This document shows, piece by piece, positions 53,293 to 64,000 of a stretch of 64,000 bases of DNA (its first letter is position 1; each line of letters begins with the position of its first letter). The translations under genes and the position numbers were made by a program. Below the pieces are notes generated by a model. It ran no database searches and was not told where the DNA came from. It worked only from the letters and a program-made list of their open reading frames with translations. Source of the DNA: Octopus sinensis (taxonomy: Eukaryota); contig NC_043017.1 in NCBI RefSeq assembly GCF_006345805.1, positions 7,750,001 to 7,814,000 of the forward strand, given 5' to 3'.

Positions 53293-56280
53293 AAACTTCA
53301 CAATTCCCTCATCCTCACTTGCAATATAAACTTATCTAAATCTATCTTTTTTTTTTATTCTGGTTTTATTTAGTCTATAGTTTATGGGATATAAAGCAAA
53401 CTCACTGACAGGTATTGCAATAAAATGTACCCAGTACACTCTGTAAAGTGGTTGGTGATAGGAAGGGCATTAAGCCACTTTGAAGTTTATGTGGAGTCAT
53501 TCAACCTGATGGAAATAGCAACCCAAATCTCCTTCATAACACGTTCCATCTCTCTCTCTCTCTCTCCAAACAGCAACAAAAGAACTTTGACTAACAAACA
53601 ACTGATTGATTGCTTAACTAGCACATTGGAAAAACTGATCGATTAGTTAGTTGGTTAGATATTTAACCAACTGATTAACAATAAAGAAGTGATATTGCAC
53701 CAATGCATGTGTTATTATTATTGGCGTAGTGACCCTCCCAAGACACAACAAAATTTGTTTCAACTTACGAACTCATATCAAGAATCTTGCAAACCGAATA
53801 CAAAGACGATGACTAGAGTTCAGCAACAGCAAGAACAACAACAATAATGTTAACTTGCAAATTTGTTAAGATCTTCATAATGTGTCAGGATTTGTTTTGA
53901 ATTTTATTTTTGCAATGTTAAAACTATGTCTTAAACTAACATTTTTGCACTAGACTTTATCTGTCCCCTAGTTTAACCCTTCCCCCTCCTCCATGACAAT
54001 GTGGCCTTTGGGTATCTTGAGTAGATTCCGCTGTAAGCAGATCTCCAGTCCCAGTTTAGCTTCTTCTCACCAGGCTCAAAGAACCTGAAAATGTTATGGA
54101 TACTAACTTTCCTCATTTGACCTAACCATTAGAAAATAAATTTCTTTGCTGTTTGTATAAAATAAATATGATTTATTGGGTTTTATTTTTTTTGCAATTA
54201 AAATCTTAATTTGTTAAATTGTGGTAAAGCCTGAGATTTATTGCAGAGAGGAAATAGGAAATTAAGTTGATTGTGTCTTTGTTAATGGTATTAAAGACAA
54301 TGACATGGTGTACTATTTCTCCTGTATCCCAGGGTGGGTGTGGGGAGTGGAATTGAAATTGGATCATCTACTTGATTCAGCTGCAACTTTACTTTACTCT
54401 GTGAACCTACCTTCTCGTTTCTGTGACTAAAAACACATATTTTTTCCTATTTTACTACCACTTTATTTTGGTGGTTGTCATTTAGCCATATGATCAAAAG
54501 TGTTCTAGCCACAAATATTCCATCTTTTTTGCATATATATTTTAAAGGACTACATTGTCTTATGCATTTTTTATTTGAGGTGGAATATGAGTTAAGGGAC
54601 ATTTGGCTGCTATTTCTAGCAAGCTGAGTGTCTGCCAGGCAGATGCTCCTTTCCCTCGCCATTGGAGTATCCTTATTTTAGTATTATTCCTAAAGAAATA
54701 AATACTCAGGACCTCTGAGAGGAATTTTGCACAGTAGAACAAGACTGCTTCAGAACCCCTCTTACTCCTTCACAAAATTCAAGGAGTCATGAAGGTTTTT
54801 GCTTTTGTTTCTGAGGGAGTGGTGGGGACTGTCAGATATTCATGGGCTCCTACCTGGATCAATATACTGGTTGAACCTCCCTTTTATAGGCCCTGCTTAG
54901 AGCTGTTGACTGAAACAAATAAAAATACTAAATATGCAAATATTCTCTCAAATATTCTGTTCATTGATTTAATGCAAAACTCTTCACTCAAAGAACAAAC
55001 GCTAATTCTTCTAGACAGCATATCCAGTATTAATAATTCCTCAAGATTTTGGCCGATTTTTCTGGCATTCCAAACTCCAAGCTAATGTTCGTCTATTTGC
55101 TGTACAGCTTTGTAACACGGCAATTAATTGAAGTTGTTTGCATGGAAAGATCTGTCAGCTGGTGTAGAAAATATCACCTTCAATATTTCTTCAGTTTTCT
55201 CAATCCATGTTTCTCTCCTTAATATATAGATCAGTAATCATGATGGCTGCATATGTAGCCTTCAGAATATCGAAGATAATCTTGGAACTTTTCTTAAATA
55301 CGATTTACTGTCAGTTGCTATCTTCTTCCCCCCTGATAGTCTGAATGTGCTTGCTGACAAGTCTGTAAAATTTGTTGAAAATTGTGGATGTATCGAAAGA
55401 AAAAGAAAAAATTCATGTAGACAATCTAGCTTAGATTAAGAGTTTTATGTGTATTAACTGGTAATTTACTGGCCTGCTTATATCTTGAGTAATTACTATC
55501 AGTTTTAGATATCTTTAACTATTGAAACGAGCACACAGCAATGCATTCATACATACACACAACCATGCATCTCCCACCACAATCACGACCACATACCATG
55601 CACACAAACTATGCGCACATAGTCACACATACCATGCACATGCATACACACACACAACCATGCACAGGCACATGACCATGCACAAACATACATGCAAAAC
55701 TACATGCATGCAACACCATAAACATGTACAGTATAATGCTTGCACACACAGACACTCATAAACAAGCTAAAGACCACAAAAATAAACATGCACAAACACA
55801 AATACACCTGCAACTGAACTCACACAAATAAATACATGAGTAACAAAATAAACACACACAAGCATTCAGATGATCGGAAAGCTTATAAACTGTAGAAAAC
55901 AAAAACGAAAATAAAATAAAACAGACAGCCATGGCTGTGTTGTAAGAGACTTGCTTCTCAATACATAGTTTTGGGTTCAGTCCCACCTTGCACATGTGTC
56001 TTCTACTATAGCACCAGGTTAACCAAAGCCTTGTGTGGGTGGATTTTGTAGACAAAAACTGAAAGAAGCCCCTTGTCTGTATCATCATCATCATCATCAT
56101 TATCATTTAATGTCTATCTTCTCTGCTGGCATGAGGTGGATGCTTTGACAGGAGCTGGTAAGCCAGAGGACTGTGCCAAGCTCCACTGTCTACTTCAGCA
56201 TGGTTTTTACAGCCAGATGCCTTTCCTAACATGAATCATCTTACTGAATGGACTAAGTGCTTTTCACATGATGCCTATTT

Positions 56281-56508
56281 CTTTACTACCCACAAGGGGC
56301 TAAACACAGAGGGGACAAACAAGGACAGACATAGGTATTAAGTTGATTACAACAACCCCAGTACTTGACTGGTACTTAATTTATCGACCCCGAAAGGATG
56401 AAAGGCAAAGTCGACCTCGGCGGAATTTGAACTCACAATGTAACGGCAGACGAAATACCGCTAAGCATTTCGCCCGGCGTGCTAACGTTTCTGCCAGCTC
56501 GCCGCCTT
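56281..56508 (-). mobile_element. Young, CpG-intact family-A SINE
   Basis: Minus strand AAGGCGGCGAGCTGGCAGAAACGTTAGCACGCCGGGCGAAATGCTTAGCGG...GTCGACTTTGCCTTTCATCCTTTCGGGGTCGATAAATTAAGTACC. Confidence 0.85.
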
Positions 56509-56908
56509 ACAGTTCTAGAAATATCAAGAGATCAATGTCAGTTAATCTCGCTCAAAAAATAACCATACTTTGATCCTGTGTGAGGAAGAAGACAAGATTG
56601 TGTGTGTTGTTGTTGTTGTTGTTGCTTTGTGTGTATGCTTTTCACATGATACCAGCACCATGTATGTGTACATATGTTTGTGTGTGTGTGTCTTCCATCA
56701 TTGCTTGACAACTAGTATTACTTTGTTTGTGTCCCTGTAACATAATGGTTTGGCAAAACGAGACTGATAGAATAAGTAGCTGGCTTAAAAATAAATGCTG
56801 GGGTCTTCAAGGTGATACCCCAGTATGGATGCAGTCTGAAGACTGAAACAGGTAAAAGATAAAAAATATTAATACTGCCTTCTTTTTTCATGTGTGTGTG
56901 TGTGTGTA

Positions 56909-56956
<48 letters not shown>

Positions 56957-57074
56957 CGAGTAAGCATATAAATATAAAACAAGGTGGGAAAAAATAGTAT
57001 TTGAATACTGGAGGTAAGTAAGGTAATATGCTTTATTATCAAAGCTGCAAAAACATCACAAAAATATCACAGAA

Positions 57075-57116
57075 AACTGCTACTCAGAGTTTCATGATCC
57101 TGTTCATTGGGCAGTT
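57075..57116 (-). ncRNA. Minimal type-I hammerhead ribozyme motif, copy 1 (core mutated)
   Basis: AACTGC-CCAATGA-ACAGGATCAT-GAAA-CTCTGAG-TA-GCAGTT; stem I is 6 bp; stem III is palindromic ACTC-T-GAGT. Confidence 0.6.
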
Positions 57117-57159
57117 GCGGTCAAGAATGGAATAAAAATTTTATTCCATTTGTGATCAC

Positions 57160-57201
57160 AACTACCTGACAGATGGGAACATGAAACTCTGAGTAGTAGT
57201 T
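57160..57201 (+). ncRNA. Minimal type-I hammerhead ribozyme motif, copy 2 (sense to SCAI)
   Basis: AACTAC-CTGACAG-ATG-GGAA-CAT-GAAA-CTCTGAG-TA-GTAGTT; stems I, II and III all pair; GUA cleavage triplet; core positions 8-9 are AG rather than GA. Confidence 0.7.
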
Positions 57202-57243
57202 TTTTGTGATTTTTTGTGATGCTTTTGCAGCTTTGATAATAAA

Positions 57244-57319
<76 letters not shown>

Positions 57320-57362
57320 TTTATTATCAAAGCTGCAAAAGCATCACAAAAATATCACAAAA

Positions 57363-57404
57363 AACTACTACTCAGAGTTTCATGTTCCCATCTGTCAGGT
57401 AGTT
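57363..57404 (-). ncRNA. Hammerhead motif, copy 3 (exact inverted duplicate of copy 2)
   Basis: Reverse complement is identical to 57160-57201. Confidence 0.65.
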
Positions 57405-58351
57405 GTGATCACAAATGGAATAAAATTTTTATTCCATTCTTGACCGCAACTGCCCAATATATATATATATATATACACACACATATATATAATTAGTAAA
57501 AGTTAGGAAAATCCTTTATTTTATTTCTTTATTCTTTATGTGAAGTGCAACTGTGTTGTGGAATCAGCTTCAAGAGTTTAGTTGATCACATCAATTCTTG
57601 TACTTGTTTCAATCTGACTCTTATTTTATCATTCTCTATTTGTCAAACCTTTAAGTTCTGGAACATAAAGAGTCACAACATATACAACTCCACATAAACA
57701 TAGAATCCATGTAAACACTGACATATGCACCTGTCCCCCACACCCCGCATAGGGGCCCAGGGGGTGCATGCGATAAACTCAAGGACTGCCCTGGGTGGCT
57801 CACACTCTAGCTATGTCACTGTCTACACCACTGACAATAATTCAGAGTGGATGTAGGGGTTGATTTAATCCTGCTGTAGACAACTGCTTTGGTGCACTCA
57901 GCCCATGCTTTTAAATGGCTGATGATAAGAAGGGCATGAAAACCATGTCGCTTCTTCACCAGGAAAGGAAATAATCAACCTGTCCAATGCATGACATGAC
58001 AGTATCGAAAAACAGATGTAAAATGATAATGTCGATGATAATAGTGTAGTTGAAAAGACTTAGTGATTTGGAGCAGGCTGCAATCATGAGCTACACTCTT
58101 TGCATCATAGTGGCGGTGTTGGTGGAGGCAGCATTGATCTTGATATATTGAATATTTCTTCTACTTAATATGAGTAATTTTATTGACCCCCACCACCACT
58201 CTTCTTGATAAAAAAAAAAAGTACTGACACAACTTGACTATCTTAGCTCACCTAACAAGTCAAGGTTTCCATTGATATGAATGAATGTATAAGTGTATAT
58301 AATGCATAGCATCTTGAGAACCTCACTATTCTTGTCTACATCATCTCACTG

Positions 58352-58388
<37 letters not shown>

Positions 58389-59059
58389 CCCTTCTCTCTC
58401 TCTCTTTTTCTCTCTTTCTCTCCCACTCTACAAAGGTTATCACTGGAAAATCTTTTTATAATTCTCTCAATAGCCATAGAATGAGATTGATTTTTTATTT
58501 CAAAACAAAAGGGAATCCGGCCACGAGTTGTGTTGTGAGATAACGAGTGAGTGAGATTCTTGAAACCGGTATGCTGAAGTGTGAAAGCACGAACATCAGT
58601 AACGTTGTATCAAATATAGATTATTATTTTTCTTTATCCAGTTACATTCATTGACTGAATGTTTTAATATGCTGTTGTGCTAGATTTCGAAATAATGCTT
58701 TCTTCGTAACAACTTAGCATAATATTCAGAAATAGGAGAGCTTCTATGAGGTCACTTGATCTGTTGGAAATAGTAGTCACTCTGACTCAAATCTCATTCA
58801 GGTATCTCGGATAAGGTAAAAACATGTTAGACAATACAGTCCTATGGTTAGTCCACATTATTGCTCACCAACCACTTTAGGGAAGTTTGGGGTAGATTTG
58901 TAGAGGCAGCAATACTTGTGGGATTGCCTCATATTCTGTCAGATTTGAGAGACCTCACTATTCTATAAAGTGTTTGTTCACTGAGGGGTGGGAGTTCACA
59001 TGTGAGGAAGTGAATGGAAGAGAAAGAGATGAAGAAGGGGAGAGGAGGTGCATATCTTT

Positions 59060-59440
59060 TTATTTTTTACTCGTTTCAGTTACTGGACTGTGGCCATGTT
59101 GGGGCACCACATTGACTTTGAAGGGTTTAATCGAACAAATCGACCGTAGTACTTTTTTTTTCAAGTTGGGTATTTATTCTATCAATTCCTTTGGCTGATC
59201 TACTAAGTTATGGGGATGTAAACAAACCAATACCAGTTGCCAAGCAGTTTGAAGACAAACGGAATACATACATACATACACATCATGCACATACACACGA
59301 TAGGCTTCCACACAGTTTCCCCCTATCAAATTCACTCACAAAGCTTTGGTCAGCTTGGGGTTATAATAGAAGACACTTACCCAGGTGTAGTGGGACTGAA
59401 CCTGACATTGCATGGTTGCACAGTGCACTTCTTAACCATC
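59060..59440 (-). mobile_element. Family-B SINE
   Basis: Reverse complement of the family-B consensus. Confidence 0.75.
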
Positions 59441-59897
59441 CAGCCTATTGTGTGGATAATTTTCGAAAAGCAAATTGAATGCAATTCAGAAGAGTTAGAA
59501 GTGGTTTTTATACAGTAGCCAATATAGACCCATGACAGTACTCTAATACCTGAATACATAAAGTACTTGACTTTCCTAGTTCTTACTGTCAATCTTACAG
59601 GTTAGCCATCAGTATGAATTTAATGTCCATTTTATATGCTGGCATGGGCTGGATGGTTTGATGAGAGATGGCAAGCCAGAGGACAATGCCAAACTCTATT
59701 GTCTATTTTTGCATGCTTTCTATGGTTGGATTCCCTTCCTAATTGCTTGCCACTTTACAACATTGGCAGAGGTCACCAAGTAACTTACATGACAAAGTCC
59801 CCTCATGAGTGTGCAGCATAAACCCACATGTAGGAGTTGATGATTTATGCTGCAAATTTCTGCAGACACCTAACCTGTAAGATTGGCTGCAAACAAG

Positions 59898-59981
59898 TTT
59901 CATTTAATTTCATCCATAATTCATCTAATTTCATTCTAATTTTATCCATGTTTCATCGAATCTCATCTGAGTTTCATCCAA
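59898..59981. repeat. About 8 degenerate 10-11 bp tandem units (TTTCATCNAA)
   Basis: Directly visible. Confidence 0.7.
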
Positions 59982-62900
59982 GCTTTTAAGTTTATTTTCT
60001 GTCTTTATAAATATGCAGATAACTTTTAGCTGAAAATGGTTTCCATTAATGCCCCTCTCCACCTCATACATATTTTAGCTAAAATCTTTTATCTCCCTTA
60101 ATAAATCTCCTTTATCCATCAAAAAAGATTTTTTTACTTTGACTTCTCGTCTTTTATCTAATGCTGTTTACTCAAACATTGTTGACCTGTGTTTATCCAA
60201 ACATATATAATTAGCCTGTCTGGATCTTTACAATTATCCACAGTAGTGCTATAGAGTTTTACACAGATACTCAGTACATAGCTACATATTGTTTTCATGG
60301 AAATTACAACATCAAATCTATTGACTGTATCTTGTCTCATTCTTTATCATTGAATTTACAATTTGTTTTATATATGCACACACACACATGTGTCTGTGTG
60401 TGTGTATTTTTTTCAATTTGTGTCTCTTTTTTTTTGGTTTCACTTGTCACACAAACAAATGTCTACAACAAAACTATAGAAAGGTAAAATTGATTGACAT
60501 TCAAATTGTATTCCAATTGTAAGTAATAACAATGTTATATATATATATATATCTTCAATATAATACAGGATTATAATGATAAAAGTTGCAGGTATTTTGC
60601 CTGGATACTTACAATCTCATTGAGCTGATATGTTTTGGGAATTTCGCATATAATAATAAAAAAAAAGCAAACAAAAAACATGAAATCTAGAAATTCAAAA
60701 TGAAGTCCAATAATTTGTAATTGATTCGATTCCATTCACTTCAGTGAATTACCATATCATTGTATTTTCACAAATACAACGAAAACTATTTAAAACATAA
60801 TTTGAACTGCTTATTTCTCAATCACTCTAGTAACATGGTTATTCGTATAATAAATAAATAAATAAATAAGTAAATAAACATAATAATGATAATAATGCTG
60901 GAAATAATAATTATTATTAGTATATACAGAGTTATTTTATGTAGCCATAAGCTTCATTATTTGATATGGAAATGTTATTAGTTCAATATTTTACTTTTAT
61001 TGCTAAATTACATTTGACAAATCTTTACCTCATAAATTACATTTAGCAAAAATCAATATTATATATTTTGAGAGTAGATAATTGTTGAAAGATGAAAGCA
61101 GTAGGTAGAGCAACAGAAGTGGTGATTGGGTGATGGACAAACTGATTTGATGGAGTTGGAAGAGCAGTGGACAAAATGCCTTGTAGTCATATTATAGTTG
61201 TGTCTCTTTTACATTCAGAGTTCGAATCTTGCCGAGGTCTTTGTCTTTCATTCTTTTGGAGAGATTGGGATCAATAAAGTGAGTGCTGGTTAAGAACTGG
61301 GATGGGGGTGGCAACTGTGCTCTCCTTCAAAACAAGTGGTTCCTGTGTAAAGTTGCTTCACTTTCAGTTTTGAGTTCAAATTCCATGAGACACTAGCTGA
61401 ATGATGACTAAGTTATTTTACTAAATTCTTTGTTATATTTAAAGTAATTGAAAGAAACACAGAGAATCTCAAAATAAATTCAGTAACGAAAGGATATATA
61501 ATTTTTTACTGGTTTCTTGTCAAAAAAAAACTCCTTTTTTTTCTTCTGTAGTAATGTTAGTACTTAACTCTTTGCTGATTATATCTTTAATGAAATACAT
61601 TATTCGTGTGTTTTATTTAATTTTGAAAATAATCAAGAAGTTGGAGGGATTTTGTAAAATGTCCAACTTTATTTTTTTTAAGCTTTTGTTTGGAATCTAA
61701 CAACAATAACAAAAAAGTGTGTGTCTGTGTGTGTGTGTGTGGGGGGGGGCTTAAAAATTGGAATAGATTCTGATTTAAATATTTACTTTTTAAAATAGAC
61801 AGTTTTGTATTGATAGAATCAAAGATGATCTTAGATTGCCTTAAAAAGTGCCAATGTAAAAGTTTTCATGTTTTAAACCCTTTAGTAATATTTCTAGTGA
61901 AATACATTATTAAACGTGTTTCAATAAATTTAGAAAATCATCAAGAATTAAGGATTTTGTAAAGAGGGATTTAGTAAAAGTCTGGGGTTTGAGTTGTAAC
62001 TTCACTGACAGATTCTTATATAACATTTTAATAAAAGGTTTTAATTTAAATAGTGAACATTTGAAAACAATTTTTTTATTATTATTGAACCAGAAGGTGC
62101 AGGCAGCTTGGACTTTTTTTTATTAGTTTTTATACTAGTTAAATAAAAAGTATCAAAATTTGAAAATTGTTTGAGTGTCCATCTATTTATTTTTATAGCC
62201 TGCTATTCATGTGATGGTTGTAAGGGTAAAGTCCCCAGAATGTCCTCCTGAAAATCCTATCAGAAGTGACCATCAGTAAATGTTCTGGCTGCATCTCCAA
62301 GTGAGACCGACTGAGGATATTATTGAACCATCTCACTTGTGGTCTACTTCTATGTCTCCTGCTAGTTGGGCTGGCTCATAAAATCTGCTCTGCTCTTCTT
62401 TCTACAAACATTCTAACCACATGCTCATAGTACTGTCAGCTGTGATCTCTTGACCTCTACAGCTAGAAAGTCTCTTTTATTTTTAAGTATTTGTTCTAAT
62501 TAATAGACAAACAAACAACCATTTGTCACCAAGAATTTTACTGGTTATTTTAGAACTTTCAGCAGTAACAGTATGTTGTCTGTAAGGTTAGAGGTTGGGA
62601 TTCACCCCCTTCACCTTCAAAAAGATTACTTTCATCGAAGACAAATATTGACCTATGATCAATCATGAGCATGATATTTATCACCATCATCTTCATCCAT
62701 CATCATCCATCATCATTCATCATCATCCATCATTGTCATCGATCATTATCAGTCTTTATCAACATCCTCCAGGGAAATTCTATGCAGCTGCTTGACCTAA
62801 TTCAAATAATAGCCAAATACCTTTCAAATCATACCATTCAGTCATAAAAAAGCAAAATAAATACAACCCCACCAAAGGGATCACATTGGATAATGTAGTC

Positions 62901-63527
62901 ATAGATGATACACTGGCTTCTTTTTATGGATGGTTTGGGCGGAAGGAAGGGCTTGAATTCATAGACTTGACAGACCCTCAAAGACTAGTGAAATTGACAG
63001 TTTTGATATTCTACTTAAATAGGCAGTCTGATTATGACAGTATGGTGGTCATGGTTAGAGCATCTTCATCATTCACCATAATTGTCATCACCACCACCAT
63101 CATCATCCTCATTATCCATCATTTTCTATCGTCAACTATCTTCGCCATTCACCATCATCATCTGCTGCTACCACCACTGTTACCATCATAGATATCAATA
63201 TGTTGGTTTTATTATGAAAAATACTTCCATTTAATAGGAGCTTGTCTTCCTCTCTTAACAGTTCTGTTTGAAGCTGAAGTATTTAAGTATTTACCACACA
63301 CACACACACACATCATGATGTATGATGCTGATGATATATATATAGTGTGTGTGTGTGTTTGCGTATATGAGACAGTAATAATAGTGATAAAAGTGATTAA
63401 GTAGGAGACGATAAAACAAACTGTCCCTCACACTTCTATTAAATTGAATATTTTTAAACAGTTGCTAGCTATTACCTATTTAATATATGTATTTATATAC
63501 ACACACATACATAAATATACACACAAG

Positions 63528-63558
<31 letters not shown>

Positions 63559-64000
63559 TTTGTGCATTACTTTGATGGAACTTCCGAAAGCACAAGATGA
63601 AGTTGAAATGACAAAAGACATACATGAAAGGTAAAAAAAAAAAAATAAGTTGGGAAAATTCTGAGTTCAGTTGTATAATCAGTAAGAAAGGGAGAATAGA
63701 TAAATGGTAAAGTACTAGAGAGAGAGAGATGGGGAGGACGAGAATGTTGTTAAAGTAAATATCAACATAGAGGAACAATGACCTGGTAATTAGAGAGAAA
63801 ACATGCTGGGGAGATGGCAAATCAGTGGAAACTATAAATTAAAGGGGGTCTGGTCTATTAAAACTAGTTTCTAGCTAGATAGGAAAAATAAAACTATAGC
63901 CTATACAGTGTGTCTGGTTGAAATGGATTGAGCAGAGAGATCTGAGTGTAATCGAACAGTTTTATGGTAGCTATTTTGATGATGAGCTATTTTTAGCTTC

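Larger units (their letters stand above)
56955..57458. mobile_element. Penelope-like pseudo-LTR/retrozyme-type relic: two divergent hammerhead+AATAAA units plus an inverted duplication
   Basis: Each unit reads hammerhead motif, T-rich spacer, AATAAA, then (TA)n. Units are separated by the hairpin AATGGAATAAAA-A-TTTTATTCCATT. Assignment to Penelope-like elements is inferred from architecture; no RT or GIY-YIG coding sequence was seen. Confidence 0.55.

Noticed and set aside
53770-53880. Signal-peptide-like minus-strand stretch with a GTAAGT donor
   Set aside because: The ATG frame stops after 21 codons, and part of it belongs to repeat family F.
58540-58580. GAAA-CCGG-TA as a minimal hammerhead stem III
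   Set aside because: No valid core or stem II upstream.

Overview
AT-rich, repeat-dense animal genomic DNA. The SINE families and extreme (TA/CA/ATT/CAT)n content suggest a coleoid cephalopod such as Octopus (inference). Two protein-coding genes are supported, arranged head-to-head. DHPS (deoxyhypusine synthase) has its first coding exon at 541-344 on the minus strand and runs off the left edge. SCAI has its first coding exon at 11908-12005 on the plus strand. I found no next SCAI exon (expected DLPQYG..W), so 12006-64000 appears to be one intron of more than 52 kb. The rest is tRNA-derived SINEs, decayed mariner, LINE/RTE fragments, piggyBac- and hAT-type MITEs, a Helentron-type HINE and microsatellites; almost all listed ORFs are repeat artefacts. 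The most interesting signal is inside the SCAI intron. Minimal type-I hammerhead-ribozyme-like motifs with palindromic stem III (Penelope/retrozyme-like) occur as inverted pairs beside (TA)n tracts. The clearest cluster is 57075-57404, with three copies and a compensatory stem-I change, inside a 353-bp near-perfect palindrome. All of these cores are degenerate or incomplete, so ribozyme activity is unproven. Repeat boundaries are approximate unless TIRs or TSDs are given.
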